Source: Microbacteriaceae bacterium
GTDB lineage: Bacteria > Actinomycetota > Actinomycetes > Actinomycetales > Microbacteriaceae
Reading direction: 5' to 3'
Length of the DNA: 51,787 bases
NCBI GenBank assembly: GCA_049647625.1
Contig: JBARYA010000186.1
Coordinates: forward strand, 1-51,787
Position 1 is the first letter of the stretch; the number at the start of each line of letters is the position of its first letter. Shown in pieces: positions 1-7,030 of this stretch. Made by a program: the position numbers and the translations under genes. The notes below the pieces were generated by a model that was given only the letters and a program-made list of their open reading frames with translations, was not told where the DNA came from and did no database searches.

Positions 1-69
1 GTATGCTTCCACGCCTCGAACTGCCTGAAAACCTTCTGGGGATACTTTCGAAAAGATTAAGCGTGACAT
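1..69 (-). CDS. 5' end of a gene that runs off the window (possibly a carboxymuconolactone decarboxylase/AhpD-like family protein)
   Basis: An ATG at 69..67 (minus strand) opens a frame with no stop down to position 1: MSRLIFSKVSPEGFQAVRGVEAY. This resembles N-termini of CMD/AhpD-like proteins. Only 23 codons are visible and the SD is weak. It is absent from the ORF track because it is truncated. Confidence 0.3.
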   Translation of the reverse strand, partial: MSRLIFSKVSPEGFQAVRGVEAY

Positions 70-155
70 GGGCTCAATTCTACGCCGCTCGGGGTATTTG
101 TCCAGAGCCGTTCGGGGTGCATAACAGTTTCATACACCCTCGAACGATTGCAGAG

Positions 156-1694
156 TTAGTTTGCCTTTTTGAGGGCGAAACTCGCATATATTGCGCCAAA
201 AAGCATCAATCCGGCAGCGATCCCACTGGTCAGCAGCACGCCGCTATCAAAGGCCATTACGGCACTATCACGCAAAAGCTGCGCTGTATCGGCTGGCAGC
301 GTTTCGGAAACATTGAGTGCGCCAGCGAGAGTCTCGGTGGCAATATATTGCTGCGCCTGATCCAGCCCCTCAGGGAGGACCAAATTGTTCCGATAAGACG
401 CCATCAGGATGCTGCCAAGCACCGCTGTTCCGAGCACTGTACCCACCTCGTAGGCGGTTTCAGATACGGCCGATGCCGCTCCTGCTTTCTCTGGTGGTAC
501 TGCGGCAACAATTTGATCATTGGAGAGTGTTTCTGAGATGCCGATACCGATACTCAGCAGCACGAAGGTTCCGGCAATGAGCAAGGCTGAGCCGCCATCG
601 GCGAGCACCGCAATAAGTGCATAGGCGATTGCGGTGAGCAGCAATGATCCAGAAACGAGCCAGCGGATGGGCACTCGGCGCGAAAGGTTGACCGCCCATA
701 ACCCAAAGAGAATCATGAACACCAGTCCTGGCAGCAGCATGAGGCCGGCATTGAGCGGGCTGAGCTCCAAGATGAGCTGAAGATGCTGCGAACCAAAGTA
801 GAGGAATCCCACCAGGCTAAAGATGGCAAGCAGGTTTACAATCACGGAGCCTCGGAACACCGTATTGCTGAAGAGCGACATATCCAGCATCGGTATTGGG
901 CGGCTGAGTTGCCGTTTCACAAAGAGCCAAGCCGAGACTGCACTCAAGAGCAGAGCAGCGAGGGCTAAGCCGTTCAATCCATTGGATGCCAGCGATTTGA
1001 TACCAAAGGCCAATGGTGCCAAGGCAAGCACCGAGAGCATCATACTGATGAGATCTATTGGGCCGGGTGCACTATCGCGAGATTCTGGGACAATCCACGG
1101 GGTCAAGATCAGCATCAGAAGCAGGAGGGGTACGGCGATCAGGAAGACGGAACCCCAATGGAAGTGCTCGAGGAGCAGCCCACCCAAGATTGGTCCAATT
1201 GCAGAGCCGGCTGCGAATCCGGCAGCCCAGATTGCGAGGGCTTTTCGGCGCTGAATTTTGTCATGAAAGATATTTCGGATGATGGATAGGGTCGGTGGCA
1301 TGAGCATCGCTCCGAAGAACCCAAGCCCGATTCGGTAGCCGACCAATGCTTCGGCACTGGGGGAGAAGGCCGCCAAAGCAGAGAGCACCGTGAAGCCGGT
1401 ACCGCCGATGAGGAGCATCCTCCTTCTGCCATAACGGTCGCCAAGGCTTCCCATGGTGATGAGGAGGCCGGCGAGGACCAGCGCATAGGAGTCAACAATC
1501 CAGAGCAGCATGGCACCGGTGGTGTTGAACTCGAGGGATATTACCGGCAGGGCAAAACTCAGTACCGTGTTGTCGATTGAGACGAGCAGAACCGGAATCA
1601 AGAGCACAGCAAGGGCAAACCACTCTCGGGTCGTGGCTTTTGGTGATTCTGTGATGGTTCCGATACTCAGATTGTTCTGCTTGGTTTTTCGCAT
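156..1694 (-). CDS. MFS transporter, EmrB/QacA-type (14-TMS-like) drug/H+ antiporter
   Basis: The product is long and hydrophobic, with repeated TM segments and MFS motifs (GSLGDRYGRRRMLL, the D-R-x-G-R-R loop). I chose the ATG at 1694 (MRKTKQ...) over the track start at 1793, because the upstream extension would translate the palindromic operator. A -10-like TATAGT lies 7 nt upstream of this ATG, consistent with a leaderless mRNA. Confidence 0.85.
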   Translation of the reverse strand: MRKTKQNNLSIGTITESPKATTREWFALAVLLIPVLLVSIDNTVLSFALPVISLEFNTTGAMLLWIVDSYALVLAGLLITMGSLGDRYGRRRMLLIGGTGFTVLSALAAFSPSAEALVGYRIGLGFFGAMLMPPTLSIIRNIFHDKIQRRKALAIWAAGFAAGSAIGPILGGLLLEHFHWGSVFLIAVPLLLLMLILTPWIVPESRDSAPGPIDLISMMLSVLALAPLAFGIKSLASNGLNGLALAALLLSAVSAWLFVKRQLSRPIPMLDMSLFSNTVFRGSVIVNLLAIFSLVGFLYFGSQHLQLILELSPLNAGLMLLPGLVFMILFGLWAVNLSRRVPIRWLVSGSLLLTAIAYALIAVLADGGSALLIAGTFVLLSIGIGISETLSNDQIVAAVPPEKAGAASAVSETAYEVGTVLGTAVLGSILMASYRNNLVLPEGLDQAQQYIATETLAGALNVSETLPADTAQLLRDSAVMAFDSGVLLTSGIAAGLMLFGAIYASFALKKAN

Positions 1695-1696
1695 AC

Positions 1697-1730
1697 AGAT
1701 TACTATACCGTCTAGTCGGTATAGTAATCT
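1697..1730. promoter_or_regulatory. Palindromic operator (14-bp perfect inverted repeat, 6-bp spacer) in the divergent TetR/MFS promoter region
   Basis: AGATTACTATACCG-tctagt-CGGTATAGTAATCT. Each arm carries an outward-facing TATAGT -10-like hexamer. The site lies between the MFS ATG (1694) and the TetR ATG (1755). Confidence 0.7.
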
Positions 1731-1754
1731 GAGCATTTGCACTATGATGAAGCT

Positions 1755-2300
1755 ATGTCCAATGCCAAAGAGACCATCCTCGATGCTTTTCAAGAACTCT
1801 TAGCCAGTGAAGGCGAACGCAGTGCCACCCTCGATGCCACAGCTCTGAGCGCGGGAGTGTCGAAAGGGGGACTGCTCTATCATTTTCCCAATAAGGAGAG
1901 CTTGGTCGCAGCCCTCTGCCAAAGACTCACAGTCTTGGTTCAGGAGGACCTGGCACTGATGCGCCATGCAGCAGAGGGGCCAGCACGCTACTACGTTCGC
2001 ACCTCACGCTATTTGGGTACCGTACTCGATAAGGCTTTGATTGCGGTTTCAAAGCTTCGTCAGGCAGGTTTCGAAGAGGCACGCAGCGCACTTGAACTCG
2101 CCGAAGAAGGCTGGCTTGATGAAATATCGATTGCGGTCAAAAATCCGGCGGCAGCACTCGCGGTGAAACTCATTGGTGATGGCCTCTACTATGAAGCCTT
2201 GCTTGACCATGAAGAAGTGCTCCTCGCCTCCGGCCGAAAGCGGGAAGAGCAGGTTGCCGGACTGCTCACCATTGTCGACGAGATCACCCGTTCTCATTGA
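1755..2300 (+). CDS. TetR/AcrR family transcriptional regulator
   Basis: N-terminal TetR HTH (ATLDATALSAGVSKGGLLYHFPNKESLV). It is divergent from the MFS gene. The ATG at 1755 is preferred over the track's TTG at 1737. Confidence 0.85.
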   Translation: MSNAKETILDAFQELLASEGERSATLDATALSAGVSKGGLLYHFPNKESLVAALCQRLTVLVQEDLALMRHAAEGPARYYVRTSRYLGTVLDKALIAVSKLRQAGFEEARSALELAEEGWLDEISIAVKNPAAALAVKLIGDGLYYEALLDHEEVLLASGRKREEQVAGLLTIVDEITRSH

Positions 2301-2345
2301 AATGCCGCTCATTCGTTCAAAAGGAAACAGGCTAAACTATCTCCG

Positions 2346-3029
2346 ATGGAACATGTGAATGACGAAGCGCTCTTTCAAGCGGTCAATATTAATGATGCCC
2401 CAGAACAGTGGATCGATGGCATTGCCCAAGAGATGCGCAATGGCTTTGCACAACTGAGTCGGATTCAGCGTGGGGTTTCGGTGTTTGGTTCCGCACGGCC
2501 AAAGGCGGGTAGCGATGATTATGAGCTCGGCGTTCAGGTCGGCAAAGCCCTTGCAGAGCAGGGATATGACGTCATCACCGGTGGTGGGCCTGGTCTCATG
2601 GAGGCGGCAAATCGCGGTGCTTCCCTCGTCGGAGGGGTGTCTGTCGGGCTGGGGATAGAACTCCCACACGAGCAAGGATTCAACGAATTCGTCAATCTTG
2701 GTGTGCCTTTTCAGCACTTTTTTACCCGTAAGCTCATGTTCGTTCGATATGCCAAGGCCTATGTTGTGCTTCCAGGTGGATTCGGCACTATGGACGAGCT
2801 CTTCGAGGCGTTGACCCTCATCCAGACCGACAAAATCCATGATTTTCCGGTGGTGTTGATGGGGACTTCGTTCTGGAATCCGCTACTCACCTGGTTCGAG
2901 GAACAGTTGGTGATGCGCGGATACATTCACCAGGCAGACTTACGTCTCTTTACCGTCACCGACGATATCCAGCTCATGCTCAAAATCGTCCGTGCATTCA
3001 TTGATGCGGATGGAACCCGGAGCCTCTAA
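2346..3029 (+). CDS. LOG family (TIGR00730) nucleotide phosphoribohydrolase
   Basis: Carries the LOG signatures GGGPGLMEAANRGA and PGGFGTMDELFE. Confidence 0.85.
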   Translation: MEHVNDEALFQAVNINDAPEQWIDGIAQEMRNGFAQLSRIQRGVSVFGSARPKAGSDDYELGVQVGKALAEQGYDVITGGGPGLMEAANRGASLVGGVSVGLGIELPHEQGFNEFVNLGVPFQHFFTRKLMFVRYAKAYVVLPGGFGTMDELFEALTLIQTDKIHDFPVVLMGTSFWNPLLTWFEEQLVMRGYIHQADLRLFTVTDDIQLMLKIVRAFIDADGTRSL

Positions 3030-3107
3030 GCAGAAGCCCTCAGAACCACAGCTCCCTCAGAACCGTAATCTCTGAAGATGTTTTCTCCTGAGAAGCTTGT
3101 GAGAGGC

Positions 3108-3515
3108 TTACTTTTTCTGAGCTGCCAGTAGGTCACGGATCTCGATGAGCAGGTCTAGCTCATTCGCCGGTACAACCTCAGCCTCAGGGGTGCCCTTCTT
3201 CGCGTCGATGCGCTTGTGCAGCGCATTCAGTGGATAGACGAAGGCAAAATAGACAACCGCTGCGGTGAGCACAAATTGGATGATTGCTGCCAGAACCGCA
3301 CCGAATTTGAGTTCTGCAACGCCTGCGATCAGTGGAATCTCTAGGATAAACGCACTATTCAGGCTATCGGCCTGGAAGAGTGCACCAATCAACGGGTTGA
3401 ACAGAGAATCAATCAGCACATTGACGATTGCGGTGAACGCTGCGCCGATAACGACGGCTACGGCAAGATCAATAACATTTCCGCGGAGAAGAAATTCTTT
3501 GAAACCTTTAATCAT
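3108..3515 (-). CDS. mscL: Large-conductance mechanosensitive channel
   Basis: The N-terminus MIKGFKEFLLRGNVIDLAVAVVIGAAF is typical of MscL. The product is 135 aa with two TM helices. Confidence 0.92.
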   Translation of the reverse strand: MIKGFKEFLLRGNVIDLAVAVVIGAAFTAIVNVLIDSLFNPLIGALFQADSLNSAFILEIPLIAGVAELKFGAVLAAIIQFVLTAAVVYFAFVYPLNALHKRIDAKKGTPEAEVVPANELDLLIEIRDLLAAQKK

Positions 3516-3634
3516 GGGGAAATTTTCTTTCGTTTTATTTTCGTGCCGCAGAATTCGGTTCGTTCAGCTGCACTTAATAGTGTAGCGGCTGTGGGGGAGC
3601 CTCCTTGGCGAGAAAAATCGGTTAAGCTGATTGA

Positions 3635-4213
3635 ATGGAAGAGAAGCAAGCGCAGGCGGTGTCACACGCGATTTTCACCGTGCCAAACCTGTTGAGCTTC
3701 TTGAGGCTTGCGCTCGTTCCGGTATTTATTGTTTTGCTTCTGCAAGGGAATGATCTCTGGGCACTGGCAGTGTTGATTTTTGCCAGCATCTCGGATTTTG
3801 CCGATGGGTGGATTGCCCGGCGGTTTAATCTCATCACCCGATTGGGGCAACTCCTCGATCCGGCTGCTGATCGTCTCTATATTTTCGCGGCCCTGATTGG
3901 ATTGGCTTTCCGGGACTTTGTACCCTGGTGGTTGGTTGCAATTATTATCGGTCGGGATGTTTCGCTCTTCATTTGTGGTATTTGGTTGGCAAATATTGGC
4001 TACGGTCCCTTGCCGGTGCACCATATGGGCAAAGCGGCAACTTTCGCACTGTTCTATGCCATCCCGATCATCATGTTGGGCAAAGCACTGCCTGAATTGG
4101 CCGTGGTTGCCGAGCCGATTGGCTGGGCGTTTGTGCTCTGGGGAGCATTGCTTTATTGGTGGGCTGGAATTATTTATTGGCGTGAGACCGCCCGCCTCGC
4201 AAAAAAAGCGTAA
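3635..4213 (+). CDS. pgsA: CDP-alcohol phosphatidyltransferase (PgsA2-like; phosphatidylglycerophosphate/cardiolipin synthase type)
   Basis: The motif D-x2-D-G-x2-A-R-x8-G-x3-D-x3-D is present as DFADGWIARRFNLITRLGQLLDPAADR. The protein is polytopic. Confidence 0.85.
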   Translation: MEEKQAQAVSHAIFTVPNLLSFLRLALVPVFIVLLLQGNDLWALAVLIFASISDFADGWIARRFNLITRLGQLLDPAADRLYIFAALIGLAFRDFVPWWLVAIIIGRDVSLFICGIWLANIGYGPLPVHHMGKAATFALFYAIPIIMLGKALPELAVVAEPIGWAFVLWGALLYWWAGIIYWRETARLAKKA

Positions 4214-4263
4214 TACGCACACCCCAAAAATCTACTAGGCTACAAGAGTAAGGAGGCAGAGCT

Positions 4264-4689
4264 TTGGACGTAGAAAATACCAGTGCATTTGGCGATGAGT
4301 TCGTTGAAAGCATGCAAACAACCGATGAGGTTGGCTTCGAAGAGCGGGATGCAATCCTTGCCCTCCCAAGTGGCTCTGCTCTGCTTATTGTGCGCCGAGG
4401 ACCAAACCTTGGTGCCCGTTTCTTGCTTGATTCAGACCGAGTCCTCGTCGGACGGCACCCGGATGCCGATATTTTCCTTGACGATGTAACTGTTTCACGC
4501 AATCACGTCGAGTTTCTGCGTCACGGAACCGCATTTGAAGTGCGTGACTTGGGTTCCTTGAATGGAATTTTCTTCGACGGTGTTCGAATTGATCAGGCAC
4601 TCCTCGACAATGGAGCCGAAGTGCAGATAGGGAAGTACCGGATGACATTTTATGCTTCGCCTCTGGATATGCCAGGAGCCGTCGAGTAG
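4264..4689 (+). CDS. garA: FHA-domain regulator, GarA/OdhI-like
   Basis: C-terminal FHA domain (VGRHPDADIFLDDVTVSRNHVEF...LGSLNGIF) and an N-terminal acidic peptide with a TT pair (ESMQTTDEVGFE). The TTG start is preceded by AAGGAGG at a 7-8 nt spacing. It sits directly upstream of a MerR gene, as in Corynebacterium and Mycobacterium. Confidence 0.8.
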   Translation: MDVENTSAFGDEFVESMQTTDEVGFEERDAILALPSGSALLIVRRGPNLGARFLLDSDRVLVGRHPDADIFLDDVTVSRNHVEFLRHGTAFEVRDLGSLNGIFFDGVRIDQALLDNGAEVQIGKYRMTFYASPLDMPGAVE

Positions 4690-5403
4690 ATGGTCGCTCA
4701 AGCAGCTGCAGGTGGGCCGAATCGCTCTCCTGCACTAACTCGAAATTTGTTAAGTATTGGGCAGGTTCTTGCGAAACTCTCCGCTGAGTTTCCAGATTTG
4801 ACTCCTTCGAAGCTTCGTTTTTTCGAAGATCAGGGGCTCATTACCCCGTCTCGTACAGAGTCCGGTTATCGGAAATTTTCGGCTCAAGATCTTGAACGAC
4901 TCCGCTTTATTTTGGCCCTGCAGCGCGACAATTATCTTCCGCTGAAGGTCATCAAGAAATACCTTGACGAGGTTGATCAGGGGCTGAATCCGAAGCTTCC
5001 AATCAATTCTGCTCCGAGTGCGGAGAGCATTCTGGTGCGGGGAACGCAGCTGAGTAAAGATGAACTCATCAAGCGTGCCGGCGCCACCGCAATGCTCTTC
5101 CAAGAGGCTGTTTCTTCATCGCTCATCCCTGCTGCTGAGGTCTTTAACGAAGACGCTCTGCATATTTTGAAGGCCCTGGTTGAGTTGCAACATTCGGGTA
5201 TTGAACCGCGACATCTTCGTGGTTATCGGGCCGCAATCGACCGTGATTTGGGTTTGATTGAGGTTGCGTTGTTGCCCTATTCGAGACGAAAAGACGCTTC
5301 AAATCGGGCAAAAGCGGCCGAGCTTGCCAAGGAGCTCACCGTGCAATTGGAGACCGTGAGAAACACCCTCTTGCGCTCCGCTATCAATAAGTTTGGAAGT
5401 TAG
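4690..5403 (+). CDS. MerR family transcriptional regulator (FtsR/Rv1828-like)
   Basis: MerR HTH (LSIGQVLAKL...LRFFEDQGLITPSRTESGYRKFSAQDLERLRFILALQ). The start codon abuts the garA-like stop. Confidence 0.8.
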   Translation: MVAQAAAGGPNRSPALTRNLLSIGQVLAKLSAEFPDLTPSKLRFFEDQGLITPSRTESGYRKFSAQDLERLRFILALQRDNYLPLKVIKKYLDEVDQGLNPKLPINSAPSAESILVRGTQLSKDELIKRAGATAMLFQEAVSSSLIPAAEVFNEDALHILKALVELQHSGIEPRHLRGYRAAIDRDLGLIEVALLPYSRRKDASNRAKAAELAKELTVQLETVRNTLLRSAINKFGS

Positions 5404-5533
5404 AGTTTCACGTTAAACTTGAAACTTCGACACGCCGCAAAAGAATCGTCGATATCCCTCTATGAGTGAGGAACAGTCGCTACGCTAGAGGTGAGTTGTT
5501 CATCCACGAGAGTATCGAGAGAAGGAAGCGTTC

Positions 5534-6112
5534 ATGAGTGAATTGGGGGCATCATCCCAGGCGCCGCTAAGCTCCGAAGCAGACGGTTCTTCCCAGTACG
5601 AACGCGGGCTTCTCTTCACCGATGGTCTGTTGAACATTGATGATGATCACGGCTTCAGCGGCACCGTTGCTGCAAAAGCTGCCGGTATTACTTACCGTCA
5701 ACTCGACTATTGGGCCCGTACCCAGCTGGTAGAGCCCTCTCTGCGCATCGCCGATGGTTCTGGGTCACAACGTCTCTACGGCTTCCACGATGTTCTTGTA
5801 CTGCGCTTGGTTAAGCGATTGCTTGACACCGGAATTTCTTTGCAACAGATTCGTATCGCAGTAAATCAACTTCACGAATCAGGAATTCAAGATTTAGCGC
5901 AAATTACCCTGATGAGCGACGGCGCAAGTGTTTATCTGTGTGGCACTGCCGATGAGGTTATTGACCTGGTCAATCAAGGCCAGGGCGTTTTTGGAATCGC
6001 TGTAGGCAAGGTGCTCCGCGAGGTCGAGAGCAATCTGGTGCATCTTGATACCGTCCGGGTACAGCCGCTTGATGAACTTGCTGAGCGTCGTGCACGCAAA
6101 GCAAGTAGCTAA
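5534..6112 (+). CDS. MerR family transcriptional regulator (Rv1830-like)
   Basis: MerR HTH (VAAKAAGITYRQLDYWARTQLVEPS...RLYGFHDVLVLRLVKRLLDTGISLQQIR). A GAAGGAAG SD lies upstream of the ATG. Confidence 0.8.
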   Translation: MSELGASSQAPLSSEADGSSQYERGLLFTDGLLNIDDDHGFSGTVAAKAAGITYRQLDYWARTQLVEPSLRIADGSGSQRLYGFHDVLVLRLVKRLLDTGISLQQIRIAVNQLHESGIQDLAQITLMSDGASVYLCGTADEVIDLVNQGQGVFGIAVGKVLREVESNLVHLDTVRVQPLDELAERRARKASS

Positions 6113-6161
6113 ACACGCCGTCAGCAAAATTCTGTTTGTGAATATTCACAAAGCGAGAATA

Positions 6162-6950
6162 TTAGCGAATATTGCCAGTTCTCATGATTCGATCGAGTAA
6201 TTGATCGAACTTTTCCGCGGTTTCAGTGGCGCTGAGGCTTGGCCAAGCGTGTAGCGGACGGCCGGCACCCTGGGCCTGTTGGAGCGAAGTGCGCTCATTG
6301 AGCTGCGGTGTGAGTACCAGCGGGCCGAACATATCTTTGAGCTCTTTGATTCGAAATTGGTGCTCTAAAGACTGAGGCCGGACGCGGTTCACAATGATTC
6401 CGAGTGGTTGCAATCGGGGGGAGAGCACACGGCGCAATTCGTCCATTGCCTTGAAGGCGCGCTCAGCGGCAGAGACCGAAAAAAGCCCGGGTTCACTGAC
6501 AATTGCAACCCTATCGCTGGCTGCCCAGGCGATTCGGGTGAGTGCATTCAGTGATGGTGCAGAGTCAATAATGACCAAATCGTAGTCGTCTTCAACGAGA
6601 GCCAAAGCCTCTTCAAGTTTCCAAACATCCTGCAAACTTGGACGCGGAACATCGAAGTTAATAGCGTTTGGACTGCCAATCATCACATCAAGTTTGTTCT
6701 TACGGCCCTCAACCCAACCGCTTGGCGCAATCGCATTTTGGACTATTCTTGGTCTTGGCGATAATAAAACGTCAGCGATATTTCCTTTACCGGAAATATC
6801 GACGTTGAGGCCGGTGGAGACATCGGCTTGCGGATCAGCATCGACAACCAATGTCGAAATTCCGCGCGCGAAAGCAGCAGACGCTAAACCGAGCGTTACG
6901 GTAGTCTTTCCCACGCCACCCTTGAGTGAGCTAATACTTAAAACATGCAC
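6162..6950 (-). CDS. Orphan ParA/Soj-type P-loop ATPase
   Basis: Deviant Walker A KGGVGKTT, plus DADPQ and DSAPS motifs. The track ORF extends to the ATG at 7022, which leaves only 8 bp to the divergent pyc ATG. An in-frame GTG at 6950 (VHVLSISSLKGGVGKTT) gives the usual ParA N-terminal length and an 80-bp divergent promoter region. The start therefore remains uncertain. Confidence 0.75.
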   Translation of the reverse strand: MHVLSISSLKGGVGKTTVTLGLASAAFARGISTLVVDADPQADVSTGLNVDISGKGNIADVLLSPRPRIVQNAIAPSGWVEGRKNKLDVMIGSPNAINFDVPRPSLQDVWKLEEALALVEDDYDLVIIDSAPSLNALTRIAWAASDRVAIVSEPGLFSVSAAERAFKAMDELRRVLSPRLQPLGIIVNRVRPQSLEHQFRIKELKDMFGPLVLTPQLNERTSLQQAQGAGRPLHAWPSLSATETAEKFDQLLDRIMRTGNIR

Positions 6951-7030
6951 AGTACTATCCAGACTACCGTCAAAATAACCACAACCCACAAAATGAACCG
7001 TGAATTTGTTGAATTGAGGCATCAGAAATA

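Noticed and set aside
3-536. A 177-aa plus-strand ORF at the left edge.
   Set aside because: It lies entirely antisense to the well-supported MFS transporter gene. Its composition is low-complexity and Arg/Cys-rich, as is typical of shadow ORFs, and it has no recognisable motif.
3037-3064. A direct repeat CCCTCAGAACC x2 (17-bp period) in the LOG/mscL convergent gap.
   Set aside because: It is short, has only two copies and no associated hairpin or known motif, so it is not distinguishable from chance or slippage.
6137-6150. TGTGA-ATAT-TCACA read as a CRP/GlxR binding site.
   Set aside because: The half-site spacing is 4 nt, not the required 6 nt, and the location is a 3'/3' convergent gap rather than a promoter. 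It is kept only as a generic palindrome finding.
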